Notes: generated by a model from the letters alone, not told the origin. Numbered from the stretch's first letter, positions 1 to 12,540 are shown. The stretch: 64,000 nucleotides of DNA from Octopus sinensis (GCF_006345805.1 NC_042998.1:14880001-14944000); one strand, 5' to 3'. Translations and numbers: made by a program.

Positions 1-17
1 GCTTTAGGTTGAATTCA

Positions 18-108
18 GATTGGAGCCTGGTGCAGCCATCTGGTTCGCCAGTCCTCAGTCAAATCGTCCAACCCATGCTAGCATGGAAAGTGGGCATTAA
101 ATGATGAT
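18..108 (+). mobile_element. Retroposon 3' end with (GAT)n tail (family D), diverged fragment
   Basis: similar to 1108-1259 and 4340-4496 (ggagcctggtgcagcc...ccaacccatgctagcatgg...gatgat). Confidence 0.7.
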
Positions 109-671
109 TTTACACACACACCCATGCTCAGCCCCATGACTTCGGGCCTCAGGCAAATATTCTCCTCACCATTCTTTAATTTCTGCTATTTATAACTTAC
201 CACAGCTGAGATGTGAAACTGAGTTAAGGCCTTTTTTTACAGTCGGTTTTTCTCTGATGATCCTTATTATTAAAATTCTGGTCTTGTGTCACCTTTTATA
301 GAGCCTTATCTGCACTTCTGCAAGCTTTTCAGTGGTCTGCATTCTCTTCATTGATATTCTCAGCCAGATATTACTGGAATCAGCAGTCATTGCAACTTTG
401 GACAGTACAATGAAAACTGTTTACATGCAGTCATTGTCCTGTCTCACAGATTTTAATGCAATTAGATAAGACCCTAGCTTCCCAGATATCTCTCTTTCTC
501 ATCTGTATCAGCCGATTCTGGTTATTGAAATGAGAATGTTAGCAAGTCCTATTATCCTAAAATACTTGTATGTTTCTGTTTAACATACAGGCTTCTCTTT
601 ACTTTTGACTTATATTTGTACAACTTTGCTCAAATATCCAATGCATTGTTAGACTTCCTCCTTGTGTTTAA

Positions 672-880
672 GCCTTTAGTGTTCAGATTATTCAATCAAA
701 CATAATGCTTGTTGATTTGAATTAATCATGCATTATCTCATATCTTCAAGATCTTGATGATGTAATTACTTAATGTAGAATAACATTGTAGGGTAGGTGT
801 GAGAGCCTGGATCTGGTCAGTTTGAACATAAAACAGATTAACTATTTTGGCCGGATATGGCCGGTTTAAATACTAAAGGG
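672..880. mobile_element. piggyBac-like MITE
   Basis: TTAA on both sides (668-671, 881-884); imperfect TIRs gcctttagtgttca / taaatactaaaggg. Confidence 0.65.
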
Positions 881-1107
881 TTAAAGTGAGGTCATCTGAT
901 GTAAATAAGACACCCAGCTTCCCCTAACTGCTAATATTCCAGAAGCTTGCATATTTTCATAAGTTTTTGCCCTTATATCTTCTATTGGAATTTCAATAAG
1001 TTACATACATTGAATGGCATGATGACTACATTTTATTATTGGTTAGAATGAATGCCATTTCAGTTGATGCAGTTTAATTAAACTTTAGGGTTAATTTAGC
1101 AATAGTA

Positions 1108-1259
1108 CGGAGTGGTTGGCGTTAGGAAGGGCATCCAGCTGTAGAAACACTGCCAGATAAGACTGGAGCCTGGTGCAGCCTTCTGGCTTCCCAGATCCCC
1201 AGTCGAACCGTCCAACCCATGCTAGCATGGAGAACGGACGTTAAATGATGATGATGATG
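1108..1259 (+). mobile_element. Retroposon 3' end with (GAT)n tail (family D)
   Basis: near-identical to 4340-4496; 5'-truncated; microsatellite tail typical of LINE/SINE 3' ends. Confidence 0.8.
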
Positions 1260-1566
1260 TGGAAGGTGTTGAATGCAGCTGAGTAATAAGTAGGGATATG
1301 GTTGCTGTAGCTACAGAAAATTTTGAGGTTAAGACAATATTCTATAATACTATTGTTATTGTTGCATACATAGCCATCTGTACACTGCAGACCGAAAATC
1401 CCATTTTATATATTAATAGATCTAACAAAAGCTTTCCAGAGTGTCTTTAAAGACCTGACGTTTGCTGTTGAATTATATATTAATACTCTCATGCTAATGA
1501 TTTCACAGCTACCTTATGGCCAAATGTCCAAGTAAGATTAAATGTGATGTATTGTTATTAATATAG

Positions 1567-1672
1567 GATGCTGAAACTGCAATAAACACCATGAATGGAC
1601 AGTGGCTGGGCAGTAGGCCAATCAGGACAAATTGGGCCACTCGGAAGCCGCCTGCTCCAAGTCAAAAAGACA
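1567..1672 (+). CDS. TIA1: TIA1/TIAR-family exon, end of RRM2 ([35 protein letters not shown]); upstream exons lie outside the window
   Basis: tatag acceptor, gtaagt donor; the [21 protein letters not shown] motif is diagnostic of TIA1/TIAL1/Rox8; phase 0 to 1. Confidence 0.95.
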
Positions 1673-2079
1673 GTAAGTAAATATACTAAATTTTTGTTTG
1701 TACTTTTTACTGTTACTGTTTCATATATATGCATGCACATACATACATAAACATACCTATATACACTGAATTGGTGTAAAAATAAAAGTGATAATTAAGA
1801 GCTCAGTTATTATCATGTCATTAAAAGTCCAGCAGTGGCAGTTTTTCTCGTTAACACAATATTCATGATAATTTTAATTCTGTCTTAGTTAAAATACATT
1901 TAATAGTGTTTACCTTAATGAAAAATCCCTTTATCACCCTGAATAAACTACGTGTGCAATTCGTGCTTTTCTGCACTCTCCCCCCTTTCTCCATCGATTT
2001 ACACACACACGTACACACACATGCACTTAATCATGTTTGTATCTATCTGATTGAAATGTTTTGTGATCAATATTTTAAG

Positions 2080-2172
2080 ATACAAAGCAGCTATCTTATG
2101 AAGAAGTATACAACCAGTCCAGTCCCACCAACTGTACAGTCTACTGCGGTGGTATCTCTCAGGGTCTTACAG
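2080..2172 (+). CDS. TIA1: TIA1/TIAR exon, linker and RRM3 RNP2 ([31 protein letters not shown])
   Basis: ttttaag acceptor, gtaaat donor, phase 1-1, NCTVYCGG motif. Confidence 0.95.
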
Positions 2173-2284
2173 GTAAATATATTTGATCCTTAACTATTAA
2201 TCTTTGTTCTGTATATTTCTAAATTTTTACCACATAGCTTCATCTTTCAGTTTCTAATTTAAACCCTAAAAATTTGCTTTTCAG

Positions 2285-2369
2285 AGGAGCTGATGAGGAA
2301 GACTTTCAATTCATATGGAGTAATTCATGAAATTCGTGTTTTCAAAGATAAAGGTTATGCATTCATTCG
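2285..2369 (+). CDS. TIA1: TIA1/TIAR exon, RRM3 RNP1 ([29 protein letters not shown])
   Basis: tttcag acceptor, gtaagt donor, phase 1-2, KGYAFIR RNP1. Confidence 0.95.
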
Positions 2370-2765
2370 GTAAGTTGATCACTTTAGTTACAAGTGATTA
2401 AAGGTTCATTTACTACCTTCTTCTCCTTAAAATTTCTGTTGGCTTCAACTTGGTACTTGGCATAACTGTAGTAAGTCATACTATACTCCATGGTCACCTC
2501 ACTAGTGTAGAAAAAGCACCCATTACACTCTGTAAAGTGGTTGTAAAAGTCATCCAGCTGTAGAAGTGTCATCCTTTGAATCATCCAATCTGTTTTGGCA
2601 TGGAAGGCAGACATAAAATTATTATTACTGTCCATCTTTTCTTAACTATTAGCAAATTAAATGTGGCAGTGAGCGACCATGAACTGTCTTGGTCCTTTGC
2701 TTTTTGTATTATCCTGTTGGCATTCCCGGTAAATATTTTGGGTATTTTGGTGAAAGTAGTCTTAA

Positions 2766-2963
2766 CCCTTTTGTTACTGTATTTATTTTGAGATGCCCTG
2801 CGTTTCTTCCAATTACTTTAATAACTTAGTTATCATTCAGCTAGTGTTAGGAACATAAATTGTGACTAAGGTTTGGTGAAAGATTTTAATTCAGATCTTA
2901 TGAAAACAAGACATTTGTACTACAGAGCCAGAGCTGGTTTCAGCTGGGTTGGTAATGAAAGGG
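2766..2963. mobile_element. piggyBac-like MITE
   Basis: TTAA TSD (2762-2765, 2964-2967); TIR CCCTTTTGTTAC / GTAATGAAAGGG (10/12 match). Confidence 0.7.
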
Positions 2964-3903
2964 TTAATTTCATTTGTCATGGTAGGAATTTCTTTGCAAG
3001 AAATTTTGAAATCACACACGTTTTGCAGTTGAGAAAATTGAAATATGTGATATAAGCTTATTAGTTAGAAGTCTAAAATCTCATTTATAGTGTAGCGTAT
3101 AATCCATAGTCAACAAATCAGTTATTATTAGTACAGTTTCAAATTAATACTTAAAGCTATTTAGTGGTGGTAAATGTTTAGACTCTCTTATATTAAAAAG
3201 TTCGAGGTAGTGAGTGCCAAGTTGGATCTTGGATGCAGATCTGAGATTTAGTTGAGCCACTTCAACTTTTATTTGCTGTCATGGTCTGTAGGTTGAAGAG
3301 GTTGGGTGGGAAGCTGCCTCACCCCTCCTTCGCTTACTTTTCCATTGCGTCGTCAAGACGAAATTTTTGGTCATAATATCATAAGTATACATTCATTTAA
3401 TATCTGGATTTTACAGCCTTGTGATATTTTGAGTATCAGTGTTTAGACAGCTTTTGGAATCTTATTGTTGAAACTCTCTCGTTCACTGCAATGAGAGGTT
3501 GCTTGGCATTGCATAAAAATGGGTGGGCAGCTGAGTGTATTGTCACTTGTCCATTTATCACTGAATGGTGGACTAATTTTATTACCTTGGAAAGCATTGA
3601 ATTCATTAAAACAGGTTTAGTATGTATGTGAAAAGTTCATACCTTTTGCATCAGTTACTTTCATGAAAGATGCACAAAGTAATTTTTTAATACTTCTAAG
3701 TGGTACCTTAATATGTTTGTTAATTGGTACCATAACACAACTTCATTATTGTTCTTCATTATCGCAAAGTTAATTTAGAATTAGACATTTTAAAACTTAT
3801 AACATTTGCTACTTAATAGGCTAATTTTGTTAATTGTATTACATAGCTAATGAAATAAATAATTCTTAATAAAATGTTTATATCTTTCTCTCTCCGTTAA
3901 AAG

Positions 3904-4042
3904 ATTTTCTTCAAAGGAATCTGCTGCTCAAGCAATTTGTGGTGTTCATGGCAATGTGATTGCAGATCAACCTGTGAAGTGTTCCTGGGGTAAAGAATCT
4001 AATGATCCTAACCAAAGCAGTCAGCCAACTGTCACTAATGAG
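3904..4042 (+). CDS. TIA1: TIA1/TIAR exon, end of RRM3 (FSSKESAAQAICGVHGNVIADQPVKCSWGKESNDPNQSSQPTVTNE)
   Basis: pyrimidine tract plus aag acceptor, gtgcgt donor, phase 2-0, VKCSWGKE motif. Confidence 0.93.
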
Positions 4043-4152
4043 GTGCGTATTAAAAAAAAAAATCTTTTTTGTGGAAGTACTTCATAGTTTAACAGTTCTA
4101 TGTGACCAGGCCATTTTACTTTTTCAAGAATGTTGTTTTGTGTATTGAAATT

Positions 4153-4496
4153 CAGGTGGTCGCCTCGACTGGCTTCCGTGCAGGTGGCATGTAAAATGCA
4201 CCAATCCGACCGTAGCCGATGCCAGCCTCACCTGGCACCAGTGCAGGTGGCACATAAAAAGCACCAATCCGACCGTGGCCGATGCCAGCCTCGCCTGGCA
4301 CCTGTGCCAGTGGCATTTAAAAAGCACCCACTACACTCACGGAGTGGTTGGCGTTAGGAAGGGCATCTAACAGTAGAAACATTGCCAGATAAGACTGGAG
4401 CCTGGTGCAGCCTTCTGGCTTCCCAGATCCCCAGTCGAACCGTCCAACCCATGCTAGCATGGAGAACGGACGTTAAACGATGATGATGATGATGAT
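4153..4496 (+). mobile_element. Family D retroposon with an internal ~60-bp tandem repeat (~2.5 units, 4179-4330)
   Basis: repeated gtgcaggtggca..aaaagcaccaatccgaccgt..gccgatgccagcctc; (GAT)n tail. Confidence 0.8.
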
Positions 4497-4598
4497 TTAC
4501 CAAGTTTTAAATAAATATTTCTTGCGTTGGCCCAAGGACAGACTATGTTGATGACCTGTTGAATGAATTCCTTAGTTATGTCGGTACTTTTAGCAATT

Positions 4599-4822
4599 AA
4601 GGTGGTGAGCTGGCAGAATCGTTAGCACGCCGGGCGAAATGCTTAGTGGTATTCCGTCTGCCGCTACGTTCTGAGTTCAAATTTCGCCGAGATTGACTTT
4701 GCCTTTCATCCTTTCGTGGTCGATGAATTAAGTACCAGTTACGCACTGGGGTCAATGTAATCGACTTAATCCGTTTGTTTGTCCCCTCTGTGTTTAGCCC
4801 CTTGTGGGTAGTAAAGAAATAG
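4599..4822 (+). mobile_element. SINE family A (tRNA-like head, B-box gttcaaatt)
   Basis: more than 15 related copies in the window sharing ggcggcgagctggcagaa...gttctgagttcaaattccgccgaggtcgac...aagaaata. Confidence 0.85.
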
Positions 4823-5077
4823 GTACTCTTAGCAATCATGGGATGTTGAATAGCAATTAAATGCTGATATGCCTATTGAGAACTCTATTAAATTCTAAAT
4901 AATTATATTTTGTATCTTGGAAAAGTGCTCACATTCAGTATACAAGCAGGAGGTTTCATCTTGTGATCTTGTTGTCTTTAGTATCTGATATGGATTTGTA
5001 ATTTTCTAGCAATTGATGTTTATATATAGGATGTGAAATAAAGAAAAAAAATGCATCGATTTTCTTTCTCTTTTCAG

Positions 5078-5229
5078 CAACAGCAACCTTTCTCCTCCCC
5101 TTCAGCCTATGGTCAGTTTTATGGTAACATGGGTTATTGGGGCTATCCATATCAAAATATGGCCCAGAGCAGCTATGTTCAAGGAGGAATGAATCAATGG
5201 GCAGGTTATAACTACCAAGCATATGCTGG
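5078..5229 (+). CDS. TIA1: TIA1/TIAR exon, prion-like domain (QQQPFSSPSAYGQFYGNMGYWGYPYQNMAQSSYVQGGMNQWAGYNYQAYAG)
   Basis: tctcttttcag acceptor, gtaagt donor, in frame (phase 0-2), Q/G/Y/N-rich. Confidence 0.9.
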
Positions 5230-5935
5230 GTAAGTGAACTTTTTACAGTTTTCCTCTTGTTACTCAATTTAAACATTTCCAATAAGTCTCAAACTACATT
5301 GGTTATCTACAAATGTTGTTTGTGCAAGATGTTTCGTTGCTACAAACTACAAAACTGCCTCTGTGTTATTGCTCAATCTGCTAGAAGTAGCAGCCAAATT
5401 AGCCTGGAGCTACATCCAACATCCAAGCACAGTATACTCTAGGCTACAAAAAGGACCTAGTGGGTAATGCAGGCAATGGGGTGACTATCATCATCATTGT
5501 AATAACTTGTCCATGCTTGCATAGATCAGATGGAATTAGAAAGGTATTTTTCCATTAGTCCAAACTAGTTTCCTTGGAAGATGTGAAATAAAGTGCTCAT
5601 TTTACAACTGTTGGATGTATTAAATTGAGCACTACTACAATCAAGACAAGGAGATGTAAGCACACATGTATAACCCCTGTACGTATGAGCTTCTTTCGGT
5701 TTCATTCCACAAATCTACTCAAAGCTCTGTGCAGCCAGTGCTATAGGAGATACCCGAGGTACCATATGGTTGTGCAGCATATGGCTTAAACCACTGATAG
5801 CATAAATGTTTGCTGGTAACCAATGTATATGATTTCCATCATAGTGGTTACATCTTAAAAGCATAAATCCTTAAAATCCTTGTAGCCTGAAGGCTGCGGC
5901 CATGCTGGGGCACCACCGCTGAAAAACTATGTGCT

Positions 5936-6039
5936 ATGCTTACTGCACCTAGGTTTCCCAAGCAGTCACCCATCTAAGTACTGACTAGGCTCGACGTTGC
6001 TTAACTTCGGTGATCAGACGAGAACCGGTGCTTTTTCAA
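5936..6039 (-). pseudogene. 5S rRNA pseudogene, lacking ~18 nt at the 5' end, in a TIA1 intron
   Basis: reverse complement reads ttgaaaaagcaccggttctcgtctgatcaccgaagttaagcaacgtcgagcctagtcagtacttagatgggtgactgcttgggaaacctaggtgcagtaagcat, colinear with metazoan 5S rRNA including the internal control region. Confidence 0.88.
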
Positions 6040-6284
6040 AACATTCTTGGCAACATCTAGCATGTTTTTATTTTGGCTACAAAAATCTGCTTTGGGTGGA
6101 GTTCTTCCTACCCTCCCACTCTGGTTGGTTCTCTCTCTCTTTCTCTTACACACACAATCTGGTGAATGAACTATGAAAGTGTAAAGAAGACTGCTGGATT
6201 GCAGCTTTCGTGTATTTGAAAACAACTTACACGAACCCATGATTAAGGTAGTGAATTAAACCAATATTTTCTTTTTCTTTACAG

Positions 6285-6397
6285 GATGAATGTCCCCGCA
6301 ATGCAACAATGGGGCCAAATTCCCCTGCAGCCTGGCCAGCAACAGCAGCAATTTAATGGTCAGCAGCAAACTATGCTTGGTTATCCTCTGCAGCAGG
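6285..6397 (+). CDS. TIA1: TIA1/TIAR exon, prion-like domain (MNVPAMQQWGQIPLQPGQQQQQFNGQQQTMLGYPLQQ)
   Basis: ctttttctttacag acceptor, gtaggt donor, phase 2-1, Q-rich. Confidence 0.88.
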
Positions 6398-9300
6398 GTA
6401 GGTATTATCATACATTACCTGCATATTTATCTTCATAACCCCCTTCCATTAAAGACTATTTTTCTTTAAAAGGGTGCATCCTTTTTTGGGGAGAGGTGGC
6501 AGGGTTTCTTTATCGACCAACAGAATTCATTGGTTAATGGTTTCGTTGGTTGTCCTTTTTTTTCTCTAAAGAATGTTCTTTCTTTTAATTATTATTTTTA
6601 TTTTATTTTCTCATTTGGAAGACGGAAAAATTTAATACCCTGAATTTGCTAGGCATTTTGTTCTGTTTTTTTTTTTTTTCTTTATTAATATTTGGAAAAT
6701 ATTGTTTTGTTTTATATTTTATCTTAAATCTGTTACGTTTTTTTTTTTTCCCTCCTCTCCTACTAACTTCCGTTTTACACTTGACTTGGTTTTCTAGCAG
6801 ACAACTTACCCTTCAGCTTTTCTTTCAAAGTTTGTGGATACAAGTCTTTCCCTCTGCATGAATAATGAATTTTCTCCTTCATTCCTCCCTTCATTTTCCT
6901 TCATTCATTTACTACACCCATATATTTTTCCTTCCCCATTTCCCCGTATTTGTTATTTTCAATTAAGCAACACATTAAAATCTAGTTTAGTTTGACTCCT
7001 ACCTACCGCCTTAAATAATATGTGGGGTACAAAAACACTTTAGAGTTCCATATAATCTATAAACTCCTGTAAATTCTAGTTGATTATGTTATGGAAAAAA
7101 GAAAATCTTCTGTCAGTTTTGACAATAAGAATTCCAGTTGTTAGATCAACTGAACTTATCTACTCCTTTGTGTAAGTGGTTGAGAGTTCCACAGACACTT
7201 GTAACTATTAATGTAATCTTCAGGCAAAATCAGTGTGGCCGTGCTGAGCCGCTGAATTGAAATTAAAAGTCCATCTGCTGTGGCTGTCTTTGATGGTTTG
7301 TCAACCGAAGACTAGTTTTACCTCTTGTTCAAGATGCCAAGCATTGACGTCAAACTCAGGGTTTTGTGATTGCAAAGCAAACTTTTATTTAACTAAATAG
7401 CCATTCCTATATCCATATAGGATGCAGACACAGTTGAGGGGCTAGGTTTAATGTACACACAAACACATATACTCACATGCACAGGTGTGTGCGCACAAAT
7501 ACAAAACACTTGTAGCCATCATTACCAAGTTTTATATATGGGGGGCTATTCTTATTTTTTAAAGCTAAAAGTTGTAATCGGGTTTTTATTTTTCTATATA
7601 CCACTACATATTGTCAATGTAACAGCTTTGCATGTTTCAACTATTCTATCTGGGCTTCACCCAAAGTGTAATTGCTTCATTTTTTTTTCTCTCTTCACAT
7701 TACAATTTACTAATTAACTATACATACATACATATATATTATATATAACAAGATTAAATGTTTTTTACCTCTATTTTCTCTTACTATTGCATGTAAATTT
7801 ATATAAATCAGTAAGAATCTCATTTTCTTTCTCAATGAGCAGTTGGATTAGCCTAATATCTAAACATAGTCGGGCAGTTGGTAGTCTACTGGAATTAAAA
7901 ATGGCAACTATATAATGCCACCAAGTCAATTACAGTACTCACGGCTGGCATTTTAGAATGTTATATCTTTCTCAACCCCATTCCATTTTAACTGATAACA
8001 CTAACCTCTTTCTTTTTTTTTTATTTCCATGTTTGTCCCTTTCCTTCCAAAATACACAACAATCAGCATTTTAGCAGATACTCCCATTTGCATTTTATGT
8101 TTCTATTTTGCTGACAAACGCCTTGTTGCACTTCCTATTATTTGTGTTTTGAATTAGTTCTTAAAAAAAAAAAAATTATAAAAAGAAATACACAAGATTG
8201 AAAGACTGAATTCACTGCAATAAGTTCCAATAATGCTTTAGTTCTATTACGGGTAATAATTGTACGAATTAGATTGTAACAATGTCTCCTCCACCCCCTT
8301 TTTTAAACACCTGCTTTTATTGTCTTTTATTTAGTGAACATAGTGGTTATAATGTGATACTGACATCTGTTTCTCTAATGGTCTTGTCTTCAGTTCAGAA
8401 TTGTTTTAAATAGCTTTCCAAAGATGCAGTTCTGTGGCTTTTGACCTTCCCTATGATGAGAGCTGCTTTTTAGTCTCTACCCTGCCTGTTATATAGCAGC
8501 GCTGAGAAATTCCTTTCAGTGCTCTGAGACACTGTTGTTCACTAGGCTACATAATCGGGGACAGCTATGTTTGATATTAGCTTCATCCTTCTGTTCATTG
8601 AACTCAATACCCGACTATTTGTTGCTGACATTAAATTTTTCCATTTGCTAGGGGTGATATCTCATCCCCTTTTCATCCCATGATTGCAAGCATTCTGGCA
8701 TCATGCCCTCAGGCGCTGAGGTAAAATGGCTGACAGCAGGTTGGAAGATTTTTATATACTTTTTTTTCTTCTTTCTCCACTTTATAGCTTTTTCAGCCAT
8801 AGAATCTTCTTCAAGATTTTTGGTTAGATTTATTCTGAATTTGGTTTTACTATCTGGATAGATTTTCTTTACTTTTTTAATAGGTACACCTCAAAATCAA
8901 TATTCATACAGTTTAGCTTTTAAGCATATCTCGGATATGTTGATCACTTTATATTAAATGCAATGTTTTAATTTTAATTTTCTATTTATTTCTCTTCTAA
9001 ATTTTATGGAATGGGGTATATAATATTTTCAATAAAACCTAAATACACAGTATTGGTTAATATATAAATATTGTTAGAAATGGGGTGTATATTGAGAGGA
9101 GAAACTAGTTCCCTTCTTTGGATTTGAAAAATGGATTTTTTTGTCAAATGCTTAAATTCTATAAACCATCATTGTATCCAGTCTCTAAGCTGATCCTACT
9201 CAAGGAACCGGGTTGCTTCTTGTTTTCATTTCTTTATTATTTTAATCTGTTGGGTTGTGATATTTTCATGAGATTAAAGAAAGTAGAGCTTGTTTATGCT

Positions 9301-10667
9301 AGAAAGCACAGAATAATATTCCTCCCAACACTAAAGCATGCCAGTTCATGCTTTTAAGAACAAGTTACATGATTAACTGGCTTATTACTAACGAGTTTAC
9401 TAAATTACACACACACACATTAATATTGAAGCATCGCTGCTATTTTACATCCTCCAAAGCTACTATTAATGTAGAAACTCCAAGGTGTGTCATTGTAGAT
9501 GACTTTGTATTTTATGTAGATAACGCTGCATGTTTTCTTGAGTTATTGTTTCGCATGACAGGACTATATTGTGTGTGCGTGTGTGTATATATATATATAT
9601 AATAAAAAATAATAATCGTAGAGCAAGATTAAAGAATGTTTTAATGCCGGGAATTTAGTTTCGAGATGGAAACCGAAAAGCATTGAGCAAAGTTTTTGCA
9701 TGTTTTATCTTTTCATGTAATGGAATATTGAAAATGAAAGGAAAAGCCAGTTATTCTTGTGATGTCTTTTCAAATTAATGCAGGCTTAAGATTTAATTAT
9801 AATACTCCCCTTTGAATCTTTTCATCGGAGAGCAATAACCGTTTTATGTGCAATTCATAATATTGAGAGAGTTATTCGTTGTGGTTTTGGTACTCTATCA
9901 GCCAGCATCAGCCGTAAAAATTAGATTTCTTTTGCCATGATGTTCTGCTTCCCAGGCCCCAGTTGATCTTTTTTGACCCATCGCTGTCATTTTTGTGGCA
10001 TGGTTTCAACAATGTCTAGTTGAAATGTTGTTCAATTTTCCAGATAGCTACTTGGAAGAGGACAATTAGGTTCTGGTTGGTGGTCACAGTAAGCATATCC
10101 AGATTTGATTTTGTCTTTTTTTAACAACATTAACATTTTCAGAACTTGATTTTCTTAGATGGAGTTTTTTCTTAAAAAAAAATTTTTTTTGATATTCTTT
10201 ATTATTATTTCTTTGCTACAAAGTTCTTTTTTGGATTGCAATTTGTTGATAGATATTTTGTTGAATTTTGATAAAACCTCTCTTACTCACTCTGGAAATT
10301 GATTTGAGTCGGTGTTTTGGCTTGGCATTCTTTTTAATAGTTACTAACACAACCGTAGTTTGTTTTGTTTCACTTTCAAAGATTTATCTCAATATTTCCC
10401 AACATAGAACTATGCTGGTGGGGGTGGGAGAATCTTGCAATTTTTATGTTTTTAGAAAAAAAAAAACTTAATAAAAATACTAAGCTAGGTTTGTTTTTTT
10501 TTTTATAGAAGTTTGTATTCCCTTGTTGCTTTTTGCTCACAAGTTTCTGTAGCGTGTTCTTTAGCTCTTTCACTTGGCAGTACATACCACGTGAAATATA
10601 TTTTTTTTATATTAAAATATGGATGAGAAGCATGGTTGGTTTCTAAAGGTTTTGCTTTTGTTTTTAC

Positions 10668-10699
<32 letters not shown>

Positions 10700-11988
10700 T
10701 ATATGTAAAAAAAAATTTTTTTCTTTGCATATTTCTAATAAACTGGCTGCCTTACTACCTCATAAAATCAGTAAGCATGTTAGGTTTGAATATCTAAATA
10801 AAAGGAGTCAGCAAATTTAATATTTTCAATACAATGCTAATTGTTTTTTGGTAAAAATGCTTCCTATGGCTAGTAGTTGGTTATCTTTTGCCTAATGCTG
10901 GTTTGTTGATTTGAAAGAATGTTATTATAAAAAAATATCATTATTCAATCACTTTTGTCCAAATTTGTATAACACACTTTTTTCTGTTACCCAATTTCCG
11001 AATTTCACTTTTGCAAATAAAAATTTTTTTTCAATTTAATTTTGTATTTAAACAAACTTCTTTAAAACGATAAGTTTGGATGAGCATTTATTAAAATTTT
11101 TTTTTTCTTTTTTTTTTTTTTCACATTTTCAGATATGAAGATGCTGGACTAAAATGAAACCTTCATCAACAGGTTGGCATACATTTCAGTCCTGTTTGCA
11201 ATATTGGGCTTTATACTTCATTCACTTGTTGCATGAAAATTTGCTGCTGTTTTTATCTTGAAAACCTTAGGATTTTCACTGCTACTCAACTCTATGAGTC
11301 AATCTCAGAATCTACAAAAAGGATTTTTTAAAATGTATATATATAATACTGACACACAAACAGGTGTATGTCTTTAAAGGATGTTTAAACAAGAGCACCA
11401 ATTGACTTTGCCTAACAAAATATTGCCCCCCCCCTCTTCCCTTAACTTTTTTTTTTTAATGTTTTAATAGCTCTAATTTTGTTTAACAAGTGACTGACCT
11501 TGTATAATTTAATATTGGGACGGCCATTAGAAATCCAACCAACTTAATGTTACGGTGTTTTATAGGCAAAGGTTTAATTTACTTTCCACTTTTGTAATGA
11601 AAATTGGAGAATAAAATATATATATCACAAATATTTTGCCTTAAATTGTTTGCCTTTTGTCTACAGCCTCAGTAAAGAAGCTTTTGAAACTAAATTTTTT
11701 GAAAAAAGAAAAAAAACTGTAGTTTTTTTTTTCTTTAAGTAATTGAATTTAATTAGTCATAAGTATCTAATTTATGCTTTGTTGTTTTGTTTGTATATAG
11801 ATTAATTTTTCATAGTTTTACTCAGTTTTTAATGATGTAAAATATTGAACTATATATTTTTGTAACTTCTGTTAATTATTTTTTTCTTCATGCATGCAGT
11901 TTACATTTGTCACTAGGAGTGACCTTTAATTCTTTTTTTAATTTTTGTGTTCTTTTCTCAACTCTGGTTTCTTTCTGGTATTTTTCAG

Positions 11989-12011
11989 GCTACCCACAAG
12001 CTCCGTACTAA
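11989..12011 (+). CDS. TIA1: Most likely terminal coding exon of TIA1/TIAR (GYPQAPY*)
   Basis: long pyrimidine tract plus tttttcag; phase-1 join gives G-Y-P-Q-A-P-Y-TAA, matching the composition of the tail; UTR-like sequence follows. Confidence 0.75.
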
Positions 12012-12503
12012 GTGCAGACCTTGTCGGCCCTAACTGCGATTATGTATCCACAACTGCAGCAGGGAACACAAGAAATATTCGGTTCACCTTATAACTGCAG
12101 AAATCCTGTACATAGCACTATTAATGTAGCCATATAGCTAGAAATATATAGATTACAGATAAAAAAAAAAAAAAATCCTAAAAAAAGATTTAAAAAAAAA
12201 CAAAAAAACACAAAAAACTAAAAAAAAAATCAAGAAAACAATACTAAAATAGTCATCAGTTTTCATAATGATGATAATGACTGATAATGGTTAAATATAA
12301 TAATAATAATAATAATAATAATATAACAATAATAATAATAATAATGATGATAATAATATTATTAATAATGATAATAATGGTGGTGGTAGGAATGGTGGCA
12401 AACAGGAAAAAGCTTCTTTCCTTGCAGTAAAATAAAAAAAAAAAGAACAAAAAGAAACAAAGAAAAAAAAAACAACAATTTACTCAAATGGAATATATAT
12501 ATG

Positions 12504-12540
<37 letters not shown>

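Noticed and set aside
254-262. CTGATGA (also at 2290 in a TIA1 exon)
   Set aside because: No stem II-GAAA-stem III arrangement follows; chance heptamer
1285-1320. ggatatggttgc as a possible upstream TIA1 RRM2 exon (KGYGFV)
   Set aside because: Translation does not match and there are no suitable splice sites; upstream exons lie outside the window
5936-6039. Functional 5S rRNA gene
   Set aside because: 5' end missing, substitutions, solitary and not in a tandem unit
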